Assembly: GCA_019058315.1 (NCBI GenBank)
Contig: JAHPZH010000003.1
Coordinates: forward strand, 300,451 to 364,450
Source: Candidatus Helarchaeota archaeon
GTDB taxonomy: Archaea > Asgardarchaeota > Lokiarchaeia > Helarchaeales > RDOG01
Direction: 5' to 3'
Length of the DNA: 64,000 nucleotides
A program made the position numbers and the translations under genes. Positions 27,549 to 38,041 of the stretch are shown here, in pieces (the stretch's first letter is position 1; each line of letters begins with the position of its first letter). Under the pieces are notes generated by a model. It saw only the letters and a program-made list of their open reading frames with translations, did no database searches and was not told the origin of the DNA.

Positions 27549-28826
27549 TTAAACAGGGTTTTCATGTGTAAAATGCTTATACATATCATTAAAGGTATCT
27601 TTATCATAAGTTTCTTGAAGTTTTTTAACCATTTCTAATTGAAAAATTTCTGAATGATATAAATATTTAATTTCTTTAATTTTTTTAGCTTCTTGATATA
27701 ATTTTTTCATAATTGTTTCATCATTTAAAACATCGACAACAGCCTTTGAGAACTCGTCAAGATATGAAGAATGATAATAAAAATGGTGAGTAAATCGAGA
27801 GTCTAATAAGAATGGAAGATATATCTCACGATTCCATATTTTTTCATAACGCCCTAAATATGCAGCTGAGAGATTTTTACGAGAAATCGCCTTTAGAATT
27901 ACCTTCGCTGCAATTTTACCGGATTTTCTAGCATAATAAATACCTTCATAGTTCATCCTATTTACGAATCCTGCAGCATCACCAATAACTAAAGTTCGGG
28001 GATAGTATGTATACTCAATAATTCTATCAGGAATGGGTGCCGCCCAATAATGGCGATCTTCTATTAATAATGGTTTTGCTCCTTGTAAACGAGGTGAAAT
28101 TGTGGGATGTGATTCAATTATTTTTTTAAGTCTTTCTACTTTAACAAAATAGTCTAACACACCCACAGTTAATCCTCCAGGTTTCGTAAAAATCCAAGCG
28201 TATCCATGTGAAGCTATCCCTTTTGCATCCCAATAAATTTCAATATCTCCTCCTCCAAAACGTTCTTCAATTATACTATCTGCTATGGTAAATTCAGCTT
28301 GTACACAATTTACAGTTTCTCTCGGATATTCTACACCTAAAGATCGTTGTATTTTTGATGACGAGAGACCTGTTGCTATTATTAAGAAATCAGAAAGATA
28401 AGTCTTCTTTTCTCCTGTTTTTGTTATTGTTTCAACTTCTATTCTATCATTAAATCTATTAGCTGAAAGTGCTTCAGTTTCAGTATAAAGCTCAGCACCA
28501 GCAGATTGTGCACTTTCGGCAAGGAATCGGTCATATTCGGTCCTATAAACTAAAGTCCCAAATGTTTCACCATCGTGAATTGGTTTCATTTTTCCAATTT
28601 TATCTTTTGTTCCAATTAAAACTTGATTTATCGATTGTTGACGAACGGAATTTGGTAATTTACCAAACTCCTTTTCATTATCACCTAGTAAACCCCCAGC
28701 ACACGGTTTATAACGACCTATTGCTGACTTTTCAAGTAATATAACATGTGCACCATTTTTAGCTAATTCAATAGCACATGTTGATCCAGCTGGTCCTGCT
28801 CCAACTATTATAGCATCTACTTTCAT
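27549..28826 (-). CDS. Geranylgeranyl reductase family flavoprotein
   Basis: GAGPAG, KPCAGG, R..YD..LA, GYAWIF and GDAAG...EGIYYA motifs. Confidence 0.88.
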   Translation of the reverse strand: MKVDAIIVGAGPAGSTCAIELAKNGAHVILLEKSAIGRYKPCAGGLLGDNEKEFGKLPNSVRQQSINQVLIGTKDKIGKMKPIHDGETFGTLVYRTEYDRFLAESAQSAGAELYTETEALSANRFNDRIEVETITKTGEKKTYLSDFLIIATGLSSSKIQRSLGVEYPRETVNCVQAEFTIADSIIEERFGGGDIEIYWDAKGIASHGYAWIFTKPGGLTVGVLDYFVKVERLKKIIESHPTISPRLQGAKPLLIEDRHYWAAPIPDRIIEYTYYPRTLVIGDAAGFVNRMNYEGIYYARKSGKIAAKVILKAISRKNLSAAYLGRYEKIWNREIYLPFLLDSRFTHHFYYHSSYLDEFSKAVVDVLNDETIMKKLYQEAKKIKEIKYLYHSEIFQLEMVKKLQETYDKDTFNDMYKHFTHENPV

Positions 28827-28837
28827 ATTAAAATCCG

Positions 28838-29797
28838 TTAACTGTTAAGTTTTTGAATTATTTCCTCAGCTTCTTTCATAATCCGATCGAAATACTCTTT
28901 AACTGTTGGTATATCGTTTGCTAAACCTATACTTTGACTACAAGAGATGATACCTGCATCTATATTTCCTTCATCGTACATTTCTTTCGTTTTAGTTCCT
29001 GCAGCAGCATTAAAAACCTCATTTTGCTTGCCAGCTTTCTCTAATTCAAGCACTTTTTGTGCTGCCTTATTAGTCCATACACGATGAGTTGCATTAACAG
29101 ATTTCATAACAAGACAAGTGTCATAAATTCCGGCTTTTAGAAGAGCATTTTTCAAATTTTCATGAATTGGACATTCTTTTGTGAGAAGAAGACGAGAGCC
29201 TATTAATGCAGCTTGCGCACCTAAGCTTAATACCGCAACTACACCCCTTCCATCCGCGATGCCGCCACCTGCTACAATAGGGATTTTTAAAGCATCTACT
29301 GATGCGGGAGTTAATACCATAGTTCCAATATCAAACCGACCAGTCGCACCACCATTTTCGTATCCAACAACTTCTACAATATCAGCTCCGAGTTTTTCTG
29401 CTGTTAATGCATAACGAATACCAGCACATTTATGGATCCAGGTTACATTATTTTCTTTAAAGAGAGGAACATACTTTTCAGGGGCTTTATGACCCGATGT
29501 TTCAATAATTTTAACTCCCTCTTCGATCATAACCTTCACTAGGTCTATCTGCTTTACCGGCATGAGCATTGGGAATAGATTTACGTTAACAGCAAATGGT
29601 TTATCCGTCAAAGCTTGAAGCTGATTAATTGCTTTCCTTAATGGTTCAGGTTTACGATACATAACTGAAGCAAGAATTCCAAGTGCTCCTGCATTAGAAC
29701 ATGCAGCGGCGAATTCTGGATTTGTTACATTCATCATATTACCTGCAAATATAGGATATTTTAGATTCAGCATCTCAGTAACTTTTGTTTTTAACAT
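28838..29797 (-). CDS. Nitronate monooxygenase/FabK-like FMN enzyme
   Basis: LKYPI, KPFAVN, GYENGG, PIVAGGGIADGRG and SQSIGL motifs. Confidence 0.88.
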   Translation of the reverse strand: MLKTKVTEMLNLKYPIFAGNMMNVTNPEFAAACSNAGALGILASVMYRKPEPLRKAINQLQALTDKPFAVNVNLFPMLMPVKQIDLVKVMIEEGVKIIETSGHKAPEKYVPLFKENNVTWIHKCAGIRYALTAEKLGADIVEVVGYENGGATGRFDIGTMVLTPASVDALKIPIVAGGGIADGRGVVAVLSLGAQAALIGSRLLLTKECPIHENLKNALLKAGIYDTCLVMKSVNATHRVWTNKAAQKVLELEKAGKQNEVFNAAAGTKTKEMYDEGNIDAGIISCSQSIGLANDIPTVKEYFDRIMKEAEEIIQKLNS

Positions 29798-29961
29798 TTT
29801 ATCACATCCATTTACCTAACTCATAATAGAAATAATATTTTTTTTTTAATGATTTAATTATTTACAAAAAAGCTAGATTTCTTAAATAATTTTGAATATT
29901 AAAATAAACAAGGTTTTAATAATTATATAAATTAGGAATCTAATTAATAAATATTTATAAT

Positions 29962-31065
29962 GTGAGTATTTTGAGCGAAAGTGAAGATGTTTACAGAAAG
30001 TTACAGAAACATCTCGATACAGGACCTATTGGGTTTCCCCCTGCTAAATCAGGATCGGATATTCGACTATTAAAAGCTTTCTTTAATCCTAAAGAGGCGG
30101 AATTTGCGACTAAATTAAGTTTCTTCCCTTCAAACCTAAAAAGTATTTATAGAAAAACAAAAAAGCAAGGAATGTCCCTTGAGGAAACCAAAGACATGTT
30201 AGATAACTTAGTAAAAAAAGGTCTTATTTTTCATGCTGATATTCCCGAAGCTGGTGAAAGATTATATTTAAATGCACCACTTGCCGTCGGATTCTACGAA
30301 CTTAATGTTAATAGACTCACAAAAGAAAGAGCTGAAGCTTTCGAGGAATACTTGAATGAAGAATTTATTGATGAATATAATACATCTGGAATTCCTCAAA
30401 TACGTACTATACCAATCAACGCCGCCGTTACTAAAGAGAATAAGGTTATGACATATGATGATGTTAGACAACTAATTGAAACGCATAAAGGTCCATACTC
30501 GGTACAAGAATGCATCTGTACGCAAGAAAAAGAAATCCTTGGAACGAAATGCAAGCACAGTCTTACAGAAAGATGTCTATCAAATAGCCAAACATCGATT
30601 GACCGGGGCGACGCACGCGAACTCAGTAAGGAAGAAATATTTGACCTTCTAAAGAAAGCGGAAGAAGATGGCCTAGTAATTCAACCAGGAAACTTCAAAG
30701 AACCTGGATTTTTCTGCTTATGTTGCAGTTGTTGCTGTGGTATTCTTTCTAATGTTAAGAACCTTGACAAACCATCTCAATATTTTGCGACAAATTATTA
30801 TTCAGAAGTAGACGCAGATCTATGTTCTGGTTGCGGTACCTGTGCAGATCGTTGCCCAATGGATGCGATAACCATTGAAGATGTCTCAACCATTAATCGC
30901 GATCGTTGCATTGGTTGTGGTATATGTGTGCCTTCGTGTCCTGAGGAAGCAATTCATCTCCGAAATAAAGAAGAAATTACTGAGCCTCCAAAAGATTTAA
31001 TGGATTTATGGTTAAAGATTGGAAATAAAAAAGCAGAATTACAAAAAGCAGCAAAAAATCAATAA
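29962..31065 (+). CDS. Fe-S protein: N-terminal wHTH-like region, Cys cluster and C-terminal 2x[4Fe-4S]
   Basis: CICT...C, CLCCSCCC, CSGCGTCADRCP and CIGCGICVPSCP. Confidence 0.88.
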   Translation: MSILSESEDVYRKLQKHLDTGPIGFPPAKSGSDIRLLKAFFNPKEAEFATKLSFFPSNLKSIYRKTKKQGMSLEETKDMLDNLVKKGLIFHADIPEAGERLYLNAPLAVGFYELNVNRLTKERAEAFEEYLNEEFIDEYNTSGIPQIRTIPINAAVTKENKVMTYDDVRQLIETHKGPYSVQECICTQEKEILGTKCKHSLTERCLSNSQTSIDRGDARELSKEEIFDLLKKAEEDGLVIQPGNFKEPGFFCLCCSCCCGILSNVKNLDKPSQYFATNYYSEVDADLCSGCGTCADRCPMDAITIEDVSTINRDRCIGCGICVPSCPEEAIHLRNKEEITEPPKDLMDLWLKIGNKKAELQKAAKNQ

Positions 31066-31077
31066 TATTTTTTTTAA

Positions 31078-32400
31078 TCATACTTTCTTTGGGGGCAGAA
31101 TTTTACCCTTAAGAATAGGATCATTCGTATTTTCCAACCAATCATTTAGTCTCTTTCTTAGCTCTTTAGCAATATGATCATAAGCAGGATCATTAATCAA
31201 ATTAGTAATTTCATTAGGATCTTTTTTAAGATCATATAATTCTTCATCCAGTCTTGGTTTTTCATAAATTTCTTTCATAATTTTGTTTATTAATTTCCCC
31301 GTTCGAAGTTGATAAGCCATATCTGCAGGTACCTCAAATGCAGTTTCACACTTTTCAAAATTACGAATAAACTTATAATTCTCCGTCCGAATTCCCCGCA
31401 TTGGATCATATTTATCATGCCAAGTTTTTTCAACAAATATCTCTTTTCGAAATATCTTTTTCTCATTTTTTAGAACAGATAGAAAGCTCTTTCCAGCAAT
31501 ATTTTTTGGTATATCCCCACCAATAAAATCGAGAATAGTCGGGAGTAAATCAATATTACTTATCATACTTTCGATTACTTTTCCTCCAGAAAGCAAGTTT
31601 GATTCAGGAAGAGACATTATAAGAGCAGTTTTTGTTCCAGGATCGTACAATGTACATTTTGCCCTTGGAAAAGGGATTCCATGATCTGTAGTAAAAATAA
31701 ATAGCGTATTATTTTTCAATCCATACGTTTCTAAATTATTAATTATATTACCTATCATCTTATCTACGGAATGTATAGAACCATAAAATTCAGCGAAATC
31801 TTTCCTAACTTCGGGATGATCTGGTAGAAAGGGGGGTATTATAACCTTTTTAGGATCATCGGGGACCCCAAATGGTTCGAACGGAATGTGAACTTCAAAT
31901 GTTCCTATGCATGTATAAAAAGGGTTTTCATCATCTTTATGCTTTAATAAAAATTTTGGAATTTTATCAATTTTGTTCTTGGTATCATACCCTAGAGTAC
32001 TTTTAATATCAAGAAATCTCTTACTTTCATGTTGAACTCCAATTAAATGTGCTGAATATCCATTTTCTTTTAAATACATAGGTAAGGTTTTATTAGTCTT
32101 ATGTAAAGTCCAGTTGTAAATATATTTTGGACCAGGATTAGCTAATCCCATAAGCCCATTTTGATGTGGATATAATGATGTCTGAATACTACCTCGACTA
32201 GGACTACATTGGGGTGCTGTACAAAAATAATTTGTAAATCTTACACCTTCCTTTGCTAATCTATCTAAATTAGGTGTATTTAACGAGTTTGGCATTTGAG
32301 GTGAGTCATAACATCCTATAAGTTGCCCTTGATCATGAGTTATAAATAAAATAATATTAGGTTTTTTTTTCATATTCCACAACATAAAGTAGTTTTTCAA
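31078..32400 (-). CDS. Sulfatase (formylglycine type)
   Basis: PNIILFITHD, CSPSR, TTDHG, NIDLLPT and ELYDL..DPNE..NL motifs. Confidence 0.92.
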   Translation of the reverse strand: MKNYFMLWNMKKKPNIILFITHDQGQLIGCYDSPQMPNSLNTPNLDRLAKEGVRFTNYFCTAPQCSPSRGSIQTSLYPHQNGLMGLANPGPKYIYNWTLHKTNKTLPMYLKENGYSAHLIGVQHESKRFLDIKSTLGYDTKNKIDKIPKFLLKHKDDENPFYTCIGTFEVHIPFEPFGVPDDPKKVIIPPFLPDHPEVRKDFAEFYGSIHSVDKMIGNIINNLETYGLKNNTLFIFTTDHGIPFPRAKCTLYDPGTKTALIMSLPESNLLSGGKVIESMISNIDLLPTILDFIGGDIPKNIAGKSFLSVLKNEKKIFRKEIFVEKTWHDKYDPMRGIRTENYKFIRNFEKCETAFEVPADMAYQLRTGKLINKIMKEIYEKPRLDEELYDLKKDPNEITNLINDPAYDHIAKELRKRLNDWLENTNDPILKGKILPPKKV

Positions 32401-32439
32401 CTTTAATTTAATATCTATTTGATTTGAATTATTAATATA

Positions 32440-32853
32440 CTACCAAAAAGCGGTTTCCATGTCTTTTTCTGGTGCATCCTCAAAGATTTCTTCAATAATT
32501 TCGCCGAAATTATTAAATATGGAAACCTCGCCATCCCAATTTTTAATCTTTTCTCCATATAGTTCGAAAAATTTTGATTCGATTAATTTTAAATATTTTA
32601 TTATTTTTTTTTCTTTACTTTTCAAATCAGATCTTGATATAAATAAAAAATCTCTATCTCCTTGATAAACCATTAGTTGAGAATTTCCCAACACTAATGA
32701 CTTTAGCTCTTTTTCCCCAAGATTCGAAATAAAGTTTTGTATTGCAGAAAAAAATCCCCCAAATAAAACTGCATCAATATTTTCTTCCTTTGACATGTTA
32801 AATAGTGTAATACCCGATGGATCAATTATCCAAATTTCATTAATTACTCTCAT
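32440..32853 (-). CDS. Longin-like domain protein
   Basis: IWII..SGITLF...LFGGFFSAI..F pattern; F...Y...WDG....F; paralogue of 51594..52007. Confidence 0.72.
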   Translation of the reverse strand: MRVINEIWIIDPSGITLFNMSKEENIDAVLFGGFFSAIQNFISNLGEKELKSLVLGNSQLMVYQGDRDFLFISRSDLKSKEKKIIKYLKLIESKFFELYGEKIKNWDGEVSIFNNFGEIIEEIFEDAPEKDMETAFW

Positions 32854-33030
32854 CTTGTAAGACTCAATTACCTAGTGAAGAAACCTACTGGGTACTATCT
32901 ATAAACTTTAATCTTTATCGATTAACTTTATAAATACTTATATTTGAATCTGATGATTTAATTTAAATATCCAAATTATTATTCGTTTATACCGCGAACT
33001 GTAATAATAAAAAAGAATTGGTCGAGAAAA

Positions 33031-33825
33031 TTGAGTGTAATAAATGCGGCAGAATTAGGAGCGTTATTATTTGAAATTTCAGTATTTGTAATTACTTTTT
33101 CAGTCAGCATGATTCTTTTTTATAGGTATTTCAAAAAAAGAAATAATAATCTCTTAATATTTGCGATGTGTATTTTAGTATTTTCTTTTGCGGCTATTAG
33201 CCAAAGTCTTGATATTCTAATTTTCGACCAAATTCCAAAATATAGTGAAACATCACTAGGCTATAATTTTGCGTTCTTAATGAGTGCATATGCAAATATA
33301 TTACTCGCTTTATTCTTTTTAAGAATCTATGAGAAAGAACATGTGAATCTCATTATTACAATTTATTCCGTTTCTAATATTGTAAATACCACTATTTTAG
33401 TAAGTACTACTTTTCAGAAATCAGCTCATATCTTATATCCCTTACTTCATATCCTTAACTCAACACTATTTGAAAATGCAGAATTATCATTCCCAGAAAT
33501 AGAATTAATAAGAATGATGTGCTTAATTTTACATTTAGCCCTCTCAATGATATTATATATTTATATGACCCAAGCAACGGTGAGATCGTCCAGAAAAGAT
33601 TTAACACTTAAAGTTAGAAGGGGATTTCAACTAATAGCTTCATTTGGGTTATTTTTGTTGATAGCTTTTACCTTTTTTATTATGGATTTCATTTCAGGAG
33701 CTTTATTCCATTGGTGGTATTCACCTTGGCTATATATTGGTTGGACTTCAGCTACTGTTGGAGCCATAATGGCTTATTTGGGGTATATAATGCCGGATTG
33801 GTTGAAAAAACGTTGGGAAGAATAG
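33031..33825 (+). CDS. Seven-TM-like membrane protein
   Basis: About 7 hydrophobic helices; ends YLGYIMPDWL; paralogue of 50596..51381. Confidence 0.75.
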   Translation: MSVINAAELGALLFEISVFVITFSVSMILFYRYFKKRNNNLLIFAMCILVFSFAAISQSLDILIFDQIPKYSETSLGYNFAFLMSAYANILLALFFLRIYEKEHVNLIITIYSVSNIVNTTILVSTTFQKSAHILYPLLHILNSTLFENAELSFPEIELIRMMCLILHLALSMILYIYMTQATVRSSRKDLTLKVRRGFQLIASFGLFLLIAFTFFIMDFISGALFHWWYSPWLYIGWTSATVGAIMAYLGYIMPDWLKKRWEE

Positions 33826-33888
33826 TAATTTTGGTAACTATTCACTAATTACTGGATGAAAAATAGTAATTTTATATAATTTAAAGAC

Positions 33889-34392
33889 TTAACTGTAGTA
33901 AGTAGTTGAACTTTTATCGAAATTCTCGACTCTTTCTATTTTTAGATATTTTGCCATTTGATAATCTGGTGGTGCATAAATGATATCAGGGAAATATGCA
34001 CCTATTCCACGTGCAGCCATTACACGTGCAGGATGTTTATCATCAGGAATAATTTCTTTTGTAACATAATCGGTATATTGTCGGCATTCTCGTTCACTAA
34101 GAAAACCCAACGAATGGATATATTCGTGTAATAGTATATGGTATACATATGCCAAAACTATTTCATCATTCATTTCTTTCTTTGTCAATAATACCCTTAG
34201 AGCAGTAGAATTCATCAAAATCATGGTGCCACCAGAGAAAAACATTCCACCTATGAATCCCCTTCCTGAAATTCCCATTTCCACAAGCCCTAGGCTCAGT
34301 CCTGCGCGATGGCGATATAGTGTCTTCTCTACATCACGCTTTACCTTCTCAAATATATCAGGCATTTCTTTTTTTAATTCATCGAGATCCAT
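33889..34392 (-). CDS. Putative zincin-like (HExxH) protein
   Basis: ILLHEYIHSLG motif. Confidence 0.65.
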   Translation of the reverse strand: MDLDELKKEMPDIFEKVKRDVEKTLYRHRAGLSLGLVEMGISGRGFIGGMFFSGGTMILMNSTALRVLLTKKEMNDEIVLAYVYHILLHEYIHSLGFLSERECRQYTDYVTKEIIPDDKHPARVMAARGIGAYFPDIIYAPPDYQMAKYLKIERVENFDKSSTTYYS

Positions 34393-34554
34393 AAAGTCTT
34401 CACACCAATTAAATAAAAAAATTAATAGTATTTATTGACTTAGTTTGAGGTTTACCACAATCCAACTAAATATAACAGTTACAATAATTATCTATTATTT
34501 TTAAAAACATGATTTCTCTTAATATTGATTGAGTTCTACGCAAGGTGAGATTGT

Positions 34555-35844
34555 TTGCCATTAGAAATTTATGATAAAAATGAAATTAAGTTACGTTCAA
34601 TTTCTGAAGTATTTAAAGAGTTACCTCCAGAATACAAATTAAAGGATTATCTTCCAATAACTGAAAATTCATTACTGGGATTACGTATTGTGGAGGATTT
34701 TACTGGATATGCAGAAATGAGCGAATCAACAGGAGAGTTCATTAGTAAATTTTTAGATGCTAGGTTCAACGAAACAATTAATTTTTCTAAAGCAGCAAAA
34801 GAAGGTAGAATCCCTAAAGAACGTTTAAAAGAAACAGTAACATTTTGGGGAATTCCGCCTGTAATGGCTATAAGAGGAGACATTAGTGGTGTTTCTTCTA
34901 AAATGATATACGGTCCGAGTAATGATATCACTTTTTGTGCAGTTTCAGACTTGACTAATGAGCTTACATTCCTTTTTAATATTCACACCGAAGAGGGGCT
35001 TTCTGAGGATTATTGGGTTGTTTTTGCTGATGATGAACTGTTCAATCGACGACATATGAAATTAGGTTATAGATTAAGAGAAATTCCTCAGAAAATAGCA
35101 GGTTTGGGACCAGCAGCTGATAAAATTCGAGATATAATGATAGATATTAGAAATGAACGTAATCCACAGTGGAGTGATTCTAGTTATCATATTTGTCTTT
35201 TTTATTTAACTGGTGCTGCTACAATGGGTATGGAATTATCTTCTTATAATGCTTTAGCAGAAATCTGGGATGGTGTAAATGCAGTAAGACATTATGGAAT
35301 GAAAGGACAGCTTTTTGCTTATGAACCTTGGCCTCCTATTCTCAATGTAATGTTTGGGTTAGATAGAGGAATGTGGACTCAGAAATTAACACGAATGCTT
35401 ACAGAAAATCTCCTATTTGTAAATTATTTGGAAAAAGAAACCATTGAATACTTTAAAAAGCATTATTACGAGTCATATGAATATTTTATCAAATTAATTT
35501 CCTACCAACTTCACCAAGGTATACCATTACCTTACCAAACTATGGGATGTATTCCTCCAAAATTTAATAATGAAAAGGGTGTGTGGGAGGAAATTAAATT
35601 TCAATATCCTGAGGGAAAAAGAATTAATTTAATGGAGGATTGTGGTCTATCATTTGAAGAAGCGATTGGAGGCGTTCTTTTAGATGTTGATCATAATTTT
35701 AGAGGTGAAGTAAACCAAGAAAATATAATTTCATTAGGACACGGTCTAAACACAAAATATTTGCGACCAGTGACAGTCAAGACAAAAAAAATAAGGAAGG
35801 TAAAAAAAATCAGAAAAGTCAGAAAGGTAATTAGAAATCTTTGA
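34555..35844 (+). CDS. Hypothetical protein with polybasic C-terminal tail
   Basis: 429-aa ORF with GGTGA RBS; ends KTKKIRKVKKIRKVRKVIRNL. Confidence 0.8.
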   Translation: MPLEIYDKNEIKLRSISEVFKELPPEYKLKDYLPITENSLLGLRIVEDFTGYAEMSESTGEFISKFLDARFNETINFSKAAKEGRIPKERLKETVTFWGIPPVMAIRGDISGVSSKMIYGPSNDITFCAVSDLTNELTFLFNIHTEEGLSEDYWVVFADDELFNRRHMKLGYRLREIPQKIAGLGPAADKIRDIMIDIRNERNPQWSDSSYHICLFYLTGAATMGMELSSYNALAEIWDGVNAVRHYGMKGQLFAYEPWPPILNVMFGLDRGMWTQKLTRMLTENLLFVNYLEKETIEYFKKHYYESYEYFIKLISYQLHQGIPLPYQTMGCIPPKFNNEKGVWEEIKFQYPEGKRINLMEDCGLSFEEAIGGVLLDVDHNFRGEVNQENIISLGHGLNTKYLRPVTVKTKKIRKVKKIRKVRKVIRNL

Positions 35845-35944
35845 CTTTTTAAGTAAAATTCGTATTCGGATACATACTTTTATATGTCCTTTGATATAAA
35901 AATTGATATAACTATATAAAAATGAAATAAAGGAAGGAATTAAA

Positions 35945-36436
35945 ATGACAATAACAATAAGACGCTTCAAGAAAGATGATATAGAAGATGCTAAAAATTT
36001 AATGATTCAGCTTTGTGAGGTAACTGGTGCTGAATTTAACGAAGAAAGATGGCTTTGGGGTATTAAAATGCGCCTATATGACGCATTGAAGAAAAATGGT
36101 ATGTTAGTTGCAAGCGAAGATGGAACAATGGCAGGTCTACTACTTGCAGATATTAATATCGATCCTACTGGTGTAAGTACAGGTTATATTCGATCTGTAA
36201 TTGTAGGTGCTGATTTTAGGAAAAAAGGAATAGGAAAGAAACTTGTTTCAGAAGCTATAAATTATCTCAAAAATATGGATGTTGATACGATTCTAATTAA
36301 TGTAAGAGGGACAACCGAGCATGCAATGAAGTTATATGAGAGTCTAGGATTTCGAGAGTTATATCGCGTAATGGAATATCCCGTACCTAAGAAAAGAATT
36401 GAGAATATGAAGCTTCCCGACTCATACAATCCATGA
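35945..36436 (+). CDS. GNAT acetyltransferase
   Basis: V..DFRKKGIGKKL and A.KLYESLGF motifs. Confidence 0.88.
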   Translation: MTITIRRFKKDDIEDAKNLMIQLCEVTGAEFNEERWLWGIKMRLYDALKKNGMLVASEDGTMAGLLLADINIDPTGVSTGYIRSVIVGADFRKKGIGKKLVSEAINYLKNMDVDTILINVRGTTEHAMKLYESLGFRELYRVMEYPVPKKRIENMKLPDSYNP

Positions 36437-36485
36437 TTTTTCTTATTTATTTTAAATTTTATTGGTTTTTTAAAATTGGTTCTTA

Positions 36486-37466
36486 TTGATGCCAAAGCTT
36501 TATAAAATTACCAAAAATCTTTTTACTTTAACTCCTTCTTCGAATATATACAGCTCTGCAAATGTCAATTTTTTAATTGATAAAAAAATCACTCTTATTG
36601 ATGCTGGAACGAGTAATGACCCAGGACCTAGAAATATTAGGAAAATTTTGAATTCTTTAGGGGTACCTCCTCGAATAGATTTAATATTAATTACTCATTC
36701 TCATGTTGATCATTTTACAGGTGCAAAAAAGCTAAAAAAAGTTTTTAATCCCCAAATTTTTGCCCATTATCTTACAGAACAAGCTATTAAACAATATAGT
36801 GACTTTCGAAATTTGGGAAGCTTTGAATATTGGGAGTTTATTGAAAAAACCTTTCCGATTGTCCGAAAGACTCATTTCATCAAATATCTCATTAGTTTTA
36901 TGTATAGGCGTTCATTTGGGAATTTTGAGGAGTTTCAATTGGATAAAAAGTTAAAAGAAGGGGATGAAATAAATTTAGGCAGTTTTAATTTTAGAATAAT
37001 TTTCACTCCAGGACATAGTCCTGATTCTATTTGTTTATATGAACCTAATAAGAAGATATTATTTTCTGGTGATATGATTCCTTATACACCTTATATCCAT
37101 ACCTCAATTTCTGATTTCAGAAGCTCTATTAAGAAATTGATTAATTTGGATGTTAAATTAGCTATTCGAGGTCACGGAAAGCCTCAAATTTGGCAAGAAG
37201 AGAAGCCTAGATATATGCATTTTTTAAAAGATATGGATATTGCAAAACTTAGAATTCTTAAAATATTAAAATTAAAAGGACCACAAACTGCACATAGAAT
37301 GGCAAATAGTGTTTTTCAGAGAACTCATTTAATCCATAAAACAATTTATACAAACCTAATGAGAGTTTCTGTATTTTGGATATTAAAATATCTAGAAGAA
37401 TTAGAAGAACAAGGAAAAATTAAGAGCCAACTAATAAAGAATAGATTAATTTTTTCCTTGAAGTAA
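36486..37466 (+). CDS. MBL-fold metallo-hydrolase
   Basis: LIDAG, THSHVDH, TPGHS, FSGD and GHG motifs. Confidence 0.9.
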   Translation: MMPKLYKITKNLFTLTPSSNIYSSANVNFLIDKKITLIDAGTSNDPGPRNIRKILNSLGVPPRIDLILITHSHVDHFTGAKKLKKVFNPQIFAHYLTEQAIKQYSDFRNLGSFEYWEFIEKTFPIVRKTHFIKYLISFMYRRSFGNFEEFQLDKKLKEGDEINLGSFNFRIIFTPGHSPDSICLYEPNKKILFSGDMIPYTPYIHTSISDFRSSIKKLINLDVKLAIRGHGKPQIWQEEKPRYMHFLKDMDIAKLRILKILKLKGPQTAHRMANSVFQRTHLIHKTIYTNLMRVSVFWILKYLEELEEQGKIKSQLIKNRLIFSLK

Positions 37467-37605
37467 ATATTACAATCTGAAAAAATAAGATATATAGATG
37501 GGTTTTATCCTAAAAATGAAAATTAGTATCTAAGAAAAAATCCAATAAATTATGTAAATACTTTAAATTCAGCCATTAATTATACAATTCAAGGTGAAAT
37601 AAAAA

Positions 37606-37989
37606 TTGGATTTTAATTTAGATTGGGATTCAATAAAAGAACAAATAAAAGATGCTGTTGAAATAGAAAAAGATGAAGCAAAAAAACTGGTAAAAATCAA
37701 ATTTAAAGGCGATATATCAGATAATCCCATGGTGGGCAAGATGGTCGGTGATGATACGGGGTTACAAGATACATTAACTCAATTTGTCGGAAAGGGCGAA
37801 CAAATTGATTGTGATATTAAATTTCTTGATGCAGAAAATACATTTTTACTTGAAAATTTTAAGGATGAAAAGACAACGAACCAGGTCTATGATTTTTTCA
37901 ACGAGTTGTTCTTTGGTGATTTTCTAAAAAATCTAATGGATCAGATGATGGATGCATTCGGAAATTTAGGAGATTTAATGAAAGAATAA
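37606..37989 (+). CDS. Hypothetical acidic protein
   Basis: 127-aa ORF with GGTGA RBS. Confidence 0.7.
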   Translation: MDFNLDWDSIKEQIKDAVEIEKDEAKKLVKIKFKGDISDNPMVGKMVGDDTGLQDTLTQFVGKGEQIDCDIKFLDAENTFLLENFKDEKTTNQVYDFFNELFFGDFLKNLMDQMMDAFGNLGDLMKE

Positions 37990-38041
37990 AAATAAAGACT
38001 TATCTTTTAACCGTCTTTTTTATTTTTTTATATAATGAGAT

